Assembly (NCBI GenBank): GCA_945902735.1
Contig: CAMDNF010000003.1
Location: forward strand, 2,311 to 66,310
Source of the DNA: Rhizobium sp. Q54
GTDB taxonomy: Bacteria > Pseudomonadota > Alphaproteobacteria > UBA828
Reading direction: 5' to 3'
Length of the DNA stretch: 64,000 bases
Part shown: positions 39,450-50,377 of the stretch, one piece after another
Layout of the letters: each line of letters begins with the position of its first letter
Position numbering within the stretch: the first letter of the stretch is position 1
Translations under genes and position numbers: made by a program
Notes under the pieces: generated by a model
Told to the model about the DNA's origin: nothing
The model's input: only the letters and a program-made list of their open reading frames with translations
Database searches by the model: none

Positions 39450-40802
39450 TCAGCCGACGCCAAAGGCCAGCATGGCGTCCGCCACCTTCACGAAACCGGC
39501 GATATTGGCGCCCTTCATATAATTGACATAGCCGCCGCCTTCGCCGCCAAAGGCGACGCAACGCTCATGGATGCCGGTCATCGTGTCGGCCAGAAGTTTG
39601 TGTAAATCAGCCTCTGACCAGGAAAGACGCGCGCTGTTCTGGCTCATCTCCATGCCCGAGACCGAAACACCGCCGGCATTCGCCGCCTTGCTCGGGCCAA
39701 AGAGAATCTTGGCGTCGATATAGGCGTTGATGGCGTCCTGGTCGCTCGGCATGTTGGCGCCTTCGGAAATCACCTTCAGGCCGTTCTTGAGCAGAATTTT
39801 CGCTTCGGCGCCGTTGATCTCGTTCTGTGTCGCGCATGGAAGCGCCACATCGCATGGCACGGCCCATGGCCGCCCTTCATGAAATTCGGCGCCCTTGAAT
39901 TGTTTGACATACTCCTCGATGCGGCCACGCCGCACTTCTTTCAGCTCCTGCACCCATGCGAGCGTTTCGGCATTGATGCCTTCCTTGTCATAGATGTAGC
40001 CCGAGGAGTCGGACATGGTCACGACCTTGGCGCCCAATTGCGTCGCGCGTTCGACCGCATAGGTCGCGACATTGCCTGAGCCAGACACCAACACGGTCTT
40101 GCCGTCAAAGCTCATGCCGGCGTGCTTCATCATGTTCTCGGCGAAATAGACCACGCCATAGCCGGTCGCCTCGGTGCGAATTTTGCTGCCGCCATATTCG
40201 AGGCCCTTGCCGGTCAAGACGCCGGTGAAACGCGTCGTGAGCCGCTTATATTGGCCGAACATGTAACCGATCTCGCGCCCGCCGACGCCGATATCGCCGG
40301 CCGGCACATCGACATCGTCGCCGATATAGCGGTGCAGCTCGGTCATGAACGGTTGGCAGAAGCGCATCACCTCATGGTCCGACTTGCCCTTCGGGTTGAA
40401 GTCGGCGCCGCCCTTGCCGCCGCCCATGGGCAGGCCAGTCAGCGAATTCTTGAAGGTCTGCTCGAAGGCCAGAAATTTGAGCACCGACAGTGTGACCGAG
40501 GGGTGGAATCGAATACCGCCCTTATAGGGCCCAATGGCGTTGGAGCACTGCACGCGATAGCCGCGATTGTGCCGGATCTTCTGTTTATCGTCCTCCCAGC
40601 TCACCCGGAAGATCACCACCCGGTCCGGCTCGGTCAGCCGCTCAAGGACTTGCGCCTCCATGTATTTAGGCTTGGTCACGATATAGGGCACCAGCGTCGA
40701 GGCCACCTCATAGACCGCTTGGTGAAACTCGGTTTCGCCCGAGTTTCGCCGCTTCAGCCCATTCATAAAGTTTTCGAGATAATCGCCCGCCGAAACCGCC
40801 AT
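39450..40802 (-). CDS. gdhA: NADP-specific glutamate dehydrogenase
   Basis: MAVSAGDYLENF..., GGGKGG and the Glu/Leu/Phe/Val dehydrogenase family core; about 451 aa from the chosen start. Confidence 0.9.
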   Translation of the reverse strand: MAVSAGDYLENFMNGLKRRNSGETEFHQAVYEVASTLVPYIVTKPKYMEAQVLERLTEPDRVVIFRVSWEDDKQKIRHNRGYRVQCSNAIGPYKGGIRFHPSVTLSVLKFLAFEQTFKNSLTGLPMGGGKGGADFNPKGKSDHEVMRFCQPFMTELHRYIGDDVDVPAGDIGVGGREIGYMFGQYKRLTTRFTGVLTGKGLEYGGSKIRTEATGYGVVYFAENMMKHAGMSFDGKTVLVSGSGNVATYAVERATQLGAKVVTMSDSSGYIYDKEGINAETLAWVQELKEVRRGRIEEYVKQFKGAEFHEGRPWAVPCDVALPCATQNEINGAEAKILLKNGLKVISEGANMPSDQDAINAYIDAKILFGPSKAANAGGVSVSGMEMSQNSARLSWSEADLHKLLADTMTGIHERCVAFGGEGGGYVNYMKGANIAGFVKVADAMLAFGVG

Positions 40803-41095
40803 CGCTCGCTCCTTTGTGACAACCCGGCGCCCCAAAGAGGGCCTGCCCACTCGCGCCGGATCGGCCGCCGCCGCCGCCAACAAATTTACCCATTGATTGT
40901 AGAGTCTATATGGTTAACGAGACTTAATCACCCACACGCGTGCAGGGGCGTTCCCGCGCCTCGGAGGAGCCGAGGCGCCGCAACGAATTCTTAGCGTCGA
41001 AGCCCAACAATCAATCGCTTGAGGGCGGTGCGCTGGCGGCCGATTCAATTCGACCCGATCATCAGGTGCACGCCCGACCGAAGGAGAGTCGCGTT

Positions 41096-44000
41096 GTGAG
41101 CGCTAGGCAAAAAGAACTGAAGGCCGAGCAGATCTCGAAAATAGCGGCCTTGGCGCGGCGGCGTATGGCCGGCGCCGATGGTGAAATGTTCGAGGCCTTT
41201 GCCTCGCGCTATTACGCCGGCGTGCAGGCGTCAGATTTGGCCAACCGCAATGAGGAGGACCTTTACGGCGCCGCCCTGTCGCATTGGCGACTGGCCCATC
41301 GCCGTCCACCCGGCGCGCCGATTGTGCGGGTCTACAACCCTGCGCTCGAGCGCGATGGCTGGCATAGCGATTACACGGTGATCGCGATGGTCAATGACGA
41401 CATGCCGTTTCTGGTCGATTCGACCAGCGCCTATTTGGTCGGCGAAGGCCTTCAAGTTCATCAGGTCGTACATCCCGTGATCGGAGTCGCGCGTGACTCT
41501 CAAGGGATCATCACGTCGATCGGTGATCCCGGCGGCGCGGGCCTCAAGGCCGAGTCATTTATTCTGTTCCAAACCGATCTCAAGAGTTCACCCGAAACGC
41601 TCGCCAGCATCGCACGCGGGATTGAGCGGGTATTGGCCGATGTCAGGCTTGCGGTGCGCGATTGGCGCCCCATGCTCAGCAAGACCGCCGAGGTGATCGC
41701 GAATATCGAGCGCTCGACGCTTCCCATCCTTGAGGAAGATCGCCAGGAAGCCATGGCGTTTCTGCGGTGGATGGCCGACAACCATTTCACCTATTTCGGC
41801 TTCCGCGAATACAGGGTCATCACCGGGCAAGATGATTCCGTTCAATATGAGCTGATCGAGGAATCTGGCCTTGGCCTGCTGCGCGACCCGACGGTACGCC
41901 CCATGGGCCTTGAGACCGGCCGGCAAGGCTTGCCGCCCGAAGTCGCCGATTTCGTCCGCGCGCCGAATCTTCTTCTGATCACCAAAGCGGCTATGCGCTC
42001 GACCATTCATCGCGCTGTGCCGCTCGACGTGATCGGGGTCAAGATTTTCGAGCCCGCCGGGCGCGTGATCGGCGAATGGCGCTTCATCGGGCTATTCACG
42101 TCGACCGCCTATAGTCGAAGCCCGCTCGATATGCCGCTCCTGCGGCGCAAAATGAAGCGCGTGCTCGATCGCGCCGGCCTAACGCTCAATGGCCACGATT
42201 ACAAAGCGCTTCAGCACATTCTTGAAACTTACCCGCGCGACGAATTGTTTCAAATCGATCTCGACGAGTTGCTGGATATCTGCCTTGGCATTCTGGCGGT
42301 CGAGGAACGTCGGCGTGTCGGGCTTTTCGTGCGACATGATTCATTCGAGCGCTTCATTTCGGCGTTGGTCTATCTCCCGCGCGAACGCTATAGCACCGAT
42401 AGTGGCCTTCGTATCGAAGCCTTGCTTCTGAATGCTATGGGCGGCCTTCGCTCGACGCACATTGCCCAAGTGTCTGACGATCCGCTGGCCCGCATCCATT
42501 TTCAGATCGACACCACGCCCGGCCGCCTTCGGCCCTATGACATCGCCGATCTCGAAACCCGTATCGGCGAGATCATCCGCTCATGGCCCGATCATTTGTC
42601 GGCCGCGCTGATTGCGCATCATGGTGAGGAACGCGGCACTGCGCTGTTCCGCCGCTATGGCAAGAGCTTTCCAGCTGGCTATGTCGAGGAGTTCGCGCCG
42701 GAATTTGCCGTGGCGGATATCGACCAGATCGATGAGGCTTGCCGGTCCAACAAATTCGCGATGCGACTCTATCGGCGGGGCGATGGTGAATCCGGCTCGC
42801 TTGGCCTTAAAATTTATCACGCCAACACGCCGGTCCCCCTCTCCGAACTCTTGCCGCCGCTCGAGAACATGGGCCTCAAGGTGCTGACCGAGCGACCGCA
42901 CCACATTCGCTTCGAAGCCGAGAACCCCGGCGCGCCCGACAATGTTTGGATTCATGACCTGACCATGAAGACGGCCGATGACCTCGAGATCGATGTCGAA
43001 GCGATGCGCGAGTCATTCCACGAAGCCTTTGAAAAAATCTGGGGTGGTGAAGCGGAGGACGACGGCTTCAACCGCCTGGTCCTCAAGGCGCGCCTATCGT
43101 GGCGCGAGGTCGTCGTGTTGCGCGCTGTTGCCAAATATCTGCGTCAGGCCCGAATCCCATTCAGCCAAACCTATAAGGAAGAAACGCTAGCACGTCATGC
43201 CGGCCTCGCCGGCTTGCTCGCGCGCTATTTTGTCGCGCGGTTCGATCCCGCGCGCGTCGCGGCCAAAGACGAAGTTCCCGCGCTTCATGCCGAAATTCTA
43301 AAGACGCTTGATGCGGTAGAAAGCGTCGATGAGGATCGAATTCTTCGTCGCTTTCTCAATGTTATCGAATCGACGCTCCGAACCAACTTCTTTCAGACCA
43401 TGCCCGACGGCACACCGAAGCCTTATCTAACGTTCAAGCTCGATTCGGGCGCGCTTGACGGCCTGCCTCTGCCTCGCCCGTTTTACGAAATTTTTGTCTA
43501 TTCGCCGCGTATGGAAGGAATCCATTTACGCGGCGGCAAAGTCGCGCGCGGCGGCATTCGCTGGTCCGATCGGCGCGAGGACTTCCGCACCGAAGTTCTA
43601 GCGCTGATGAAAGCGCAAATGGTCAAGAACGCGGTCATCGTGCCAGTTGGCGCGAAAGGCGGGTTCATCGTCAAGCGCCCGCCGGTCGATGGCAGTCGCG
43701 AGGCGATCCAGGACGAAGGCATCGCCTGCTATCAAACGCTCATTCGCGGTCTCTTGGATTTGACCGACAATCGCGTCAAGGATTCGATCGTGCCGCCCAA
43801 GCAGGTGGTGCGCCACGATGGCGACGACCCCTATTTGGTCGTCGCGGCCGATAAGGGCACCGCGACCTTCTCCGACATCGCGAACGCGCTCTCGGCCGAA
43901 TACGGCTTCTGGCTTGGCGATGCCTTTGCCTCGGGCGGCGGCACCGGCTACGACCACAAAAAAATGGCGATTACCGCACGCGGCGCCTGGGAATCGGTCA

Positions 44001-45943
44001 AGCGCCATTTCCGCGAGCTCGATCGTGACATCGCGACGGAAGCCTTCACCTGCATCGGCGTTGGCGATATGTCGGGCGATGTGTTTGGCAATGGCGCGCT
44101 GCAATCGCACACCATGAGGTTGCTCGGCGCGTTCAATCACCGCCACATTTTTATCGATCCCAATCCCGATCCCGAGAAGAGCTACGCCGAACGCAAGCGG
44201 CTGTTCGATTTGCCGCGCTCGAATTGGAGCGATTATGACCGCGCGGTCATGTCCGAGGGCGCTGACATATTCGAACGCAGCGCCAAAACGCTCAAACTCT
44301 CCCCCCAAGCGCGGGCGGTCTTTGGCATCGAGCGCGAAACGATCACGCCAAACGAGTTGATCAAAGTGCTGCTCCGCGCCGAGGTCGACTTGCTGTTTTT
44401 TGGTGGCATAGGCTGCTACGTCAAATCGAGCGCCGAGACCGATGCCGACGCCAATGACCGCGCCAATGATGCAACGCGTATCGATGGCAAAATGATTCGC
44501 GCCAAAATCGTCGCGGAAGGCGCAAACCTTGGCATGACGCAACGCGGCCGTATCGAGTTTGCCTTGAAAGGCGGCGCGCTCAATACCGATGCGATCGACA
44601 ATTCCGGTGGCGTTGATTGCTCGGATCACGAGGTCAACATCAAGATCCTCTTGGATTCGATGGTGGCCGATGGCGACATGACCGTGAAACAGCGCAATCA
44701 ACTGCTCGCTGAGATGACGGATGATGTCGCGGCGCTAGTGCTGCGCAGCAATTATCGCCAAACCCAAACCATCACGGTCGAGCAATCCCGCGCGCCTCAC
44801 TATCTCGAGGCCCATGCCCGCCTCATGCGCGGGCTTGAGCGGCGCGGCCTATTGGCCCGCGAAGTCGAATTCCTGCCCAGCGAAGACGACATCGCCGCGC
44901 GCGCCCAGGCGCACAAAGGCCTAACGCGGCCCGAAATCGCGATCTTGCTGTCTTATGCCAAGACTGCGGTTTATCAGGCCCTCCATGAGGACCCCGTCCT
45001 CGATGACCCGTATTTTGCGACCGATCTGGTACGCTATTTTCCGACGCGCCTGCATGAGCCCTGTGCGGCCGCGCTCCCGAAGCATCGCCTGCGTCGCGAA
45101 ATCATCGGCACCATGATCTCCAATTCGCTGGTCAACCGCGCCGGGCCGCATTTCCTGGTCGATCTGGTTGAGGAAACCGGCACGCAATCGGGCGATATCG
45201 TGCGCGCTTATGCCGCGTCGCGCCAAATCTATGCCTTGCGGGAAGATTGGGATCTCATCGATTCGCTCGACGCTAAAGTGCCGGCCAAGCTTCAGACCGA
45301 ACTCGTGACCGAACTCGGCCGGCTTCTTGAGCACGGCACGCTATGGTTCCTGCGCTTCTTGCCGCCCGGTTTTGCGATTGGTTCGGCGGTCGAGAAATTC
45401 GCCCCCGCCACCAAGGAAATCTCCGCCCATATCGACACGCTGCTTGGGCCCGAAGCGGCGGCGCCGGTGCAAGAGCGCGCCGCGTCATTGATGGGCGCCG
45501 GGATCCCTGAGCGCTTAGCCAAACGGGTCGCCGCGATCGATGCGCTCCTGCCGGCCTGCGACGTGGTCGAAGTCGCGGTCGCGGCGAACGCGCCCACGCT
45601 TGAGGCCGCGCGTGTCTATTTCGCGCTCGGGGAACGGCTCAGCATCAAGTGGTTGCGCGATCACGCCGCCGCGCTCGCCGCCGGCAGCCATTGGCAATAT
45701 CGGGCGGTCCACGCCATCATCGATGATCTGTACAGCCAGCAACGCGCTTTGGCGCTCGCCGTGCTCAAGGATACCGCCTCCGGCCAAGGCCCGGACCAAC
45801 GGCTTGAGCAATGGTATGACGCCAACAAGGCGCGCATGACCCGCGCGCTTGAAACCCTGGATGAACTCAGGCGCGACGCGCCGTTCGATTTGGCCAAGCT
45901 CGCGGTCGCCAACCGCCAGGTCCGCGCGCTGCTCGTCAGCTGA
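41096..45943 (+). CDS. NAD-specific glutamate dehydrogenase (large Bac_GDH type, about 1600 aa)
   Basis: Co-linear with the giant NAD-GDH family; catalytic region GGIRWSDRREDFRTEVLALMKAQMVKNAVIVPVGAKGGF. Start uncertain (GTG at 41096, VSARQKEL; the track ORF begins at 40940). Confidence 0.85.
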   Translation: MSARQKELKAEQISKIAALARRRMAGADGEMFEAFASRYYAGVQASDLANRNEEDLYGAALSHWRLAHRRPPGAPIVRVYNPALERDGWHSDYTVIAMVNDDMPFLVDSTSAYLVGEGLQVHQVVHPVIGVARDSQGIITSIGDPGGAGLKAESFILFQTDLKSSPETLASIARGIERVLADVRLAVRDWRPMLSKTAEVIANIERSTLPILEEDRQEAMAFLRWMADNHFTYFGFREYRVITGQDDSVQYELIEESGLGLLRDPTVRPMGLETGRQGLPPEVADFVRAPNLLLITKAAMRSTIHRAVPLDVIGVKIFEPAGRVIGEWRFIGLFTSTAYSRSPLDMPLLRRKMKRVLDRAGLTLNGHDYKALQHILETYPRDELFQIDLDELLDICLGILAVEERRRVGLFVRHDSFERFISALVYLPRERYSTDSGLRIEALLLNAMGGLRSTHIAQVSDDPLARIHFQIDTTPGRLRPYDIADLETRIGEIIRSWPDHLSAALIAHHGEERGTALFRRYGKSFPAGYVEEFAPEFAVADIDQIDEACRSNKFAMRLYRRGDGESGSLGLKIYHANTPVPLSELLPPLENMGLKVLTERPHHIRFEAENPGAPDNVWIHDLTMKTADDLEIDVEAMRESFHEAFEKIWGGEAEDDGFNRLVLKARLSWREVVVLRAVAKYLRQARIPFSQTYKEETLARHAGLAGLLARYFVARFDPARVAAKDEVPALHAEILKTLDAVESVDEDRILRRFLNVIESTLRTNFFQTMPDGTPKPYLTFKLDSGALDGLPLPRPFYEIFVYSPRMEGIHLRGGKVARGGIRWSDRREDFRTEVLALMKAQMVKNAVIVPVGAKGGFIVKRPPVDGSREAIQDEGIACYQTLIRGLLDLTDNRVKDSIVPPKQVVRHDGDDPYLVVAADKGTATFSDIANALSAEYGFWLGDAFASGGGTGYDHKKMAITARGAWESVKRHFRELDRDIATEAFTCIGVGDMSGDVFGNGALQSHTMRLLGAFNHRHIFIDPNPDPEKSYAERKRLFDLPRSNWSDYDRAVMSEGADIFERSAKTLKLSPQARAVFGIERETITPNELIKVLLRAEVDLLFFGGIGCYVKSSAETDADANDRANDATRIDGKMIRAKIVAEGANLGMTQRGRIEFALKGGALNTDAIDNSGGVDCSDHEVNIKILLDSMVADGDMTVKQRNQLLAEMTDDVAALVLRSNYRQTQTITVEQSRAPHYLEAHARLMRGLERRGLLAREVEFLPSEDDIAARAQAHKGLTRPEIAILLSYAKTAVYQALHEDPVLDDPYFATDLVRYFPTRLHEPCAAALPKHRLRREIIGTMISNSLVNRAGPHFLVDLVEETGTQSGDIVRAYAASRQIYALREDWDLIDSLDAKVPAKLQTELVTELGRLLEHGTLWFLRFLPPGFAIGSAVEKFAPATKEISAHIDTLLGPEAAAPVQERAASLMGAGIPERLAKRVAAIDALLPACDVVEVAVAANAPTLEAARVYFALGERLSIKWLRDHAAALAAGSHWQYRAVHAIIDDLYSQQRALALAVLKDTASGQGPDQRLEQWYDANKARMTRALETLDELRRDAPFDLAKLAVANRQVRALLVS

Positions 45944-46009
45944 GCCTATTTCCGCCATAATCTTTGCCCACATTGTGTGGGCGCGGTCGGGTGGCAAAGG
46001 GTTAGGATC

Positions 46010-46636
46010 ATGACGAAGCGAATGGGTCGGAATTTGCTCGCGGCCATGGCGACGGTCGCGTTGGTTGCCGTCGGTTCGGGCACGACAAGCCTTCAGGCCG
46101 CCGAGGACGATGTGGTCGGCCAGGCTGAAGAGGCGCTCAAGGATCTCTCAAAGCTCCTCGAAACCCTGTCCCAAGCCTTGCCTGAAGGCAAACAGGTGGT
46201 GGCCTCAAGCCTCGCCGATGCGATCAAGACCGCTTATGGCCGCGCGAAACCCGCAGGTCGGCCCATGCCGCCCGCAATCGCAGCGGAACTCAAACCGTTT
46301 TTTCCAACCACGCCATGGCTCTTCGAGCGCGTGCGCTGGGTCACGCTCGATGAAGTCGGCGGGCTGACCGATCTCGTGATGCTCAACCCCGATGTCGAGG
46401 CGATGACGCTGAACGATGTCATCGTGTTCCGCGACAAGGTCAATGCCGAGACCAGTCGGTCAACATGGGCCCATGAGCTGGTTCATGTTTTGCAATATGA
46501 GGCGCTTGGCGTCGACGGCTTCGCCAAGGAATATCTCGAAAGCGGCGGCGAGGATTTCGAGAAGGAAGCGAAGGACTTTGCCGACGGCGTCAAAAAGAAA
46601 CTCGCAATCCCGAAGCCCAAGAAAGTCGAGTCGTGA
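46010..46636 (+). CDS. secreted DUF4157-like protein with an HExxH motif
   Basis: Signal peptide (MTKRMGRNLLAAMATVALVAVGSG) and STWAHELVHVLQYEALG (a DUF4157 / eCIS-core-like zincin motif). Confidence 0.6.
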   Translation: MTKRMGRNLLAAMATVALVAVGSGTTSLQAAEDDVVGQAEEALKDLSKLLETLSQALPEGKQVVASSLADAIKTAYGRAKPAGRPMPPAIAAELKPFFPTTPWLFERVRWVTLDEVGGLTDLVMLNPDVEAMTLNDVIVFRDKVNAETSRSTWAHELVHVLQYEALGVDGFAKEYLESGGEDFEKEAKDFADGVKKKLAIPKPKKVES

Positions 46637-46689
46637 TTCATCGGCGCGTGAGTATGTCCCGCGAGTGCGGGTTCAATTTTTGAAGAACC

Positions 46690-46840
46690 ATTTATCCCAC
46701 CCCCACCCGGCGCTTCGCGCCGACCTCCCCCATCGAGGGGGAGGTGAAATATGGGAGGCCTCGACCGTTCTTGCTTCTTTTCCCTCCCCCCCTTGAGGGG
46801 GAGGCGGCAACGCATGCGTGGCCGGGGTGGGGGGTGTTTC
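46690..46840. repeat. nested G/C-rich palindromic intergenic element with two inner hairpins sharing the GGGGGAGG arm
   Basis: CCCACCCCCACCC ... CCTCCCCC-ATCGA-GGGGGAGG ... CCCTCCCCCCC-TTGA-GGGGGAGG ... GGGGTGGGGGGTG. It lies between the convergent DUF4157 and purH genes. Confidence 0.6.
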
Positions 46841-46879
46841 AAACTTAATTGAATCGGCGTGTATCAGCGCGGAACCATA

Positions 46880-48466
46880 TCAGTGCCGGAAGTGGCGCAT
46901 CCCGGTGAACACCATGGCGAGGCCTTTATCGTCAGCCGCCGCGATCACCTCTTCATCGCGCATCGAGCCGCCGGGTTGAATCACCGCCGTGGCCCCAGCC
47001 TCCGCCGCCGCCAATAGGCCATCCGCGAACGGAAAAAAGGCGTCCGACGCCACCACCGCGCCGACCGCGAGCGATTGAGGCAAGCCCTGCGTTTTCGCCG
47101 CTTCGCTCGCTTTGTGCGCCGCGATGCGGGATGAATCGACCCGGCTCATTTGGCCCGCGCCAATGCCAACAGTCGCACCATCCTTGGCATAGACGATTGC
47201 GTTCGATTTGACGTGCTTGGCGACGCGGAAGGCAAACAATAGATCGGCCAGCTCGCGCTCGCTCGGCTTTCGCTTGGTCACGACCTTGAGGTCGCCAAGC
47301 CCGATGCGCCCGCCATCGCGCTCTTGCACCAAGAAGCCGCCGGCGAGAGCGCGGAGCTCAAGCCCGCGCGCGGCGGGGTCGGGCAGGCCGCCGGTCAATA
47401 ACAGGCGTAGATTGGTTTTGGCGGCGAGTGCGGCGCGGGCCTCGGCATCGGCATCGGGCGCCACGATCACCTCGACGAATAATTTGGCGATCTCGCGCGC
47501 GACCGCGCCATCGAGCGGGCGGTTCGACGCGACGATGCCACCAAAGGCGCTGACCGGATCACAGGCGAGCGCCTTCCTATAGGCCTCGACGAGTGTTGTC
47601 CCAAGCGCGACGCCACACGGATTGGCGTGCTTGATGATCGCGATCGCCGGCTGATCGAACTCGGCGACCAGCTCGAACGCGGCATTGGTATCGTTCAGAT
47701 TGTTGTAGCTGAGCTCCTTGCCCTGGATTTGCATCGCCGTGGCGACACCGGGCCGCGTCTCACCGCTCGCATAAAACGCCGCCTTCTGATGCGGGTTTTC
47801 GCCATAGCGGAGCGTTTGTTTGAGCGTGGCGCCGATCGCGAAGCGCTTGGGGAAGGGCTCATCGATCACGCCCGCAAACCAGCGCGCGATCGCCGCGTCA
47901 TAGCTCGCGGTGCGGGCGAGTGCGCGCGCGGCGAGCCGGCGCCGCAAATCCAAGGTGGTCGCGCCGCCATGGGCCGTCATCTCGGCCATCACGGCTTCAT
48001 AATCCTCGGGCTCGACCACGATCGTCACATCGCCATGGTTCTTGGCTGCGGCCCGAATCAGCGCCGGCCCGCCAATATCGATGTTCTCGATGCAATCGTC
48101 GAACGCCGCGCCCTTCGCCACCGTTTCCTCGAACGGATAGAGGTTCACCACCACGAGATCGATCGGCTGAATGCCATGAGCCTTCATCGCCGCCTGGTGC
48201 GTCGCCTTGGCCCGCTCGGCCAGAATCCCGCCATGGATCATCGGGTGGAGCGTTTTCACCCGCCCATCCATGATTTCGGGGAAGCCGGTGTGCGCCGACA
48301 CGTCGATCACCTTCAGCCCCTCGGCCTGCAGCGCCTTCGCCGTGCCGCCGGTCGACAAAATCTCGACGCCCTGCTGGCTCAAAAACCGCGCGAACGCGGT
48401 GAGCCCGCTTTTGTCGGAAACCGAGATCAACGCGCGGGCGATGGGTGAGGCTTTGTCGAGCGGCAT
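46880..48466 (-). CDS. purH: bifunctional AICAR transformylase / IMP cyclohydrolase
   Basis: [11 protein letters not shown]... is the MGS-like domain, followed by the AICARFT domain; 528 aa. Confidence 0.95.
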   Translation of the reverse strand: MPLDKASPIARALISVSDKSGLTAFARFLSQQGVEILSTGGTAKALQAEGLKVIDVSAHTGFPEIMDGRVKTLHPMIHGGILAERAKATHQAAMKAHGIQPIDLVVVNLYPFEETVAKGAAFDDCIENIDIGGPALIRAAAKNHGDVTIVVEPEDYEAVMAEMTAHGGATTLDLRRRLAARALARTASYDAAIARWFAGVIDEPFPKRFAIGATLKQTLRYGENPHQKAAFYASGETRPGVATAMQIQGKELSYNNLNDTNAAFELVAEFDQPAIAIIKHANPCGVALGTTLVEAYRKALACDPVSAFGGIVASNRPLDGAVAREIAKLFVEVIVAPDADAEARAALAAKTNLRLLLTGGLPDPAARGLELRALAGGFLVQERDGGRIGLGDLKVVTKRKPSERELADLLFAFRVAKHVKSNAIVYAKDGATVGIGAGQMSRVDSSRIAAHKASEAAKTQGLPQSLAVGAVVASDAFFPFADGLLAAAEAGATAVIQPGGSMRDEEVIAAADDKGLAMVFTGMRHFRH

Positions 48467-50364
48467 TAGTGCGCCGCCTGCTTGGTCGTTTCATCCGCGC
48501 GATATTCGGGCACCAGCGCGCTGATCAAGGCGAGCGTGCGCGGGGTTAGCCCTGCGCGCGCGGCGGCGCCGAGCTCGTCAACCTGGCGCGCCACCAGCGC
48601 CGCATCGAGCGGGCGAGAAATCGCGCGATACAAGCCGGGAAGGCCGGCCTCGCTTTGTCGCTCGCTGTCGTGAAACAAGGCCTCGTGCAGCTTTTCGCCG
48701 GCCCGAAGCCCGGTGAATTGAATCTTGATGTCGCGTTCCGGCTGGCGCCCCGCGAGGCGGATCATCTGGCGCGCAAGATCAGTAATCTTAATCGGCGTGC
48801 CCATGTCGAGCACGAAAATCGACGGCTCGTCTTCCTGCGCACCAAGCGCCGAGGCCTGTAGCACGAGCTCAACCGCCTCGCGCGTGGTCATGAAAAAGCG
48901 CGTGACGTCGGGGTGCGTCACGGTCAACGGCCCACCCGCCGCGATCTGGCGTTGGAACAAGGGCACCACCGAGCCTGACGAACCCAGCACATTGCCGAAG
49001 CGCACGGTCACGAAGTGCGTGCGCCGGCGCGCGTCGCGGTCAGCCCCCTTGGCCTGGCAATAGGATTCGGCGATGCGCTTGGTCGCGCCCATCACGCTCA
49101 AGGGGTCGACCGCCTTGTCGGTCGAGATCAACACCATGGCACTAATGCCGGCCTCGACGCAGGCATCGGCCACGTTCTTGGTGCCGATCACATTGGTCAG
49201 CACGCCCTCATTCGGGTTGTCCTCGACAATCGGCACGTGCTTGAGCGCGGCGGCATGGAACACGAGGTCGAGCCGTTCGCGGGCAAAGATGGCGTCGAGC
49301 CGCGCGCGTTCGCGCACATCGGCGATCAAGGCGGCGCGCGGCAGCGTCGGATGACTCGTCTGCAATTCGGCGTCAATCGAATAGAGGTTGAATTCCGAAT
49401 GATCGATCAACACGAGCCGCGCCGGACCATGAGAGGCGATCTGGCGCACGAGTTCGGCGCCGATCGTGCCGCCGGAACCGGTCACGCACACGCGCTTGTT
49501 TTGGATCAAGGCCTTCATGCCGGCGCGGTCGAGCACGGTCTGCGGCCGGCCCAACAAATCTTCGATCGCGATCGGCTTGATCTCGATCCCGTGCGCCTGA
49601 TCGGTTCTAAAATCGGTCAGGCGCGGCAGGCGGGTAAAGCTCAAGCCGAAGCCATCGGCGGCTTCAAGCATCGCGCGCACGCGCACAGGCGCGACACGTT
49701 CATCGGCGAGGATCAATCGTTGCGGCCGCAAACCCTGTCGCCTCAGCTTGCGCAAGGCGTCGGGCAGATTGTCGATCGTGCCGAACACCTTCACGCCGCG
49801 AATATGCAGCCCCAGCTTGCCCACGTCCTCATCCAGAAGCCCGACCACGCGATAACCGCTCGAGGCGCCGCTTGTGGTCGAGCGGATGAATTCATCGGCC
49901 GCCGCCCCGGCGCCAACCAGCAGCACCGGCACGCGCTTTCCCTCATTGCGTTCGAGAAGGCCCGACATGCCGCGCTCGACATAGGCGCGATAGGCAACAC
50001 GCGGCCCGATCAAGAGCACCAGAAGCAAAATCCAAATGATGATCAGGCTTGAGCGCGGGAAGGCTTCGAGCCGCGTGATCGCGAACAAGGCGGGCAGAAA
50101 AATCAAAACAACCAGACTGGCCGCCTTGATCAACTCGATCACATCGCGCAGCGACACATAGCGCCACAGCGAGCGGTAAATACGGGTGCGCCAAAACACG
50201 ACGGCCGCGATGCCGGCGAACATCAGCAGCCCTTCAAGCATGAACGGGCTCGATTCCTGCCAGAAATCGTCTAAACCACGACGCAGCAGAAGGCCGAGCA
50301 CGAACGCGCCGGCGGCCGTCAGCACATCATGGATGGCCACCACATAGGTGCGGTTCAAGCGCAC
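48466..50364 (-). CDS. membrane-anchored nucleotide-sugar 4,6-dehydratase/epimerase (CapD/WbpM/PglF family)
   Basis: N-terminal TM helices and two Rossmann regions ([13 protein letters not shown]; [18 protein letters not shown]); 632 aa. Confidence 0.85.
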   Translation of the reverse strand: MRLNRTYVVAIHDVLTAAGAFVLGLLLRRGLDDFWQESSPFMLEGLLMFAGIAAVVFWRTRIYRSLWRYVSLRDVIELIKAASLVVLIFLPALFAITRLEAFPRSSLIIIWILLLVLLIGPRVAYRAYVERGMSGLLERNEGKRVPVLLVGAGAAADEFIRSTTSGASSGYRVVGLLDEDVGKLGLHIRGVKVFGTIDNLPDALRKLRRQGLRPQRLILADERVAPVRVRAMLEAADGFGLSFTRLPRLTDFRTDQAHGIEIKPIAIEDLLGRPQTVLDRAGMKALIQNKRVCVTGSGGTIGAELVRQIASHGPARLVLIDHSEFNLYSIDAELQTSHPTLPRAALIADVRERARLDAIFARERLDLVFHAAALKHVPIVEDNPNEGVLTNVIGTKNVADACVEAGISAMVLISTDKAVDPLSVMGATKRIAESYCQAKGADRDARRRTHFVTVRFGNVLGSSGSVVPLFQRQIAAGGPLTVTHPDVTRFFMTTREAVELVLQASALGAQEDEPSIFVLDMGTPIKITDLARQMIRLAGRQPERDIKIQFTGLRAGEKLHEALFHDSERQSEAGLPGLYRAISRPLDAALVARQVDELGAAARAGLTPRTLALISALVPEYRADETTKQAAH

Positions 50365-50377
50365 GTCGAAAACCCCG

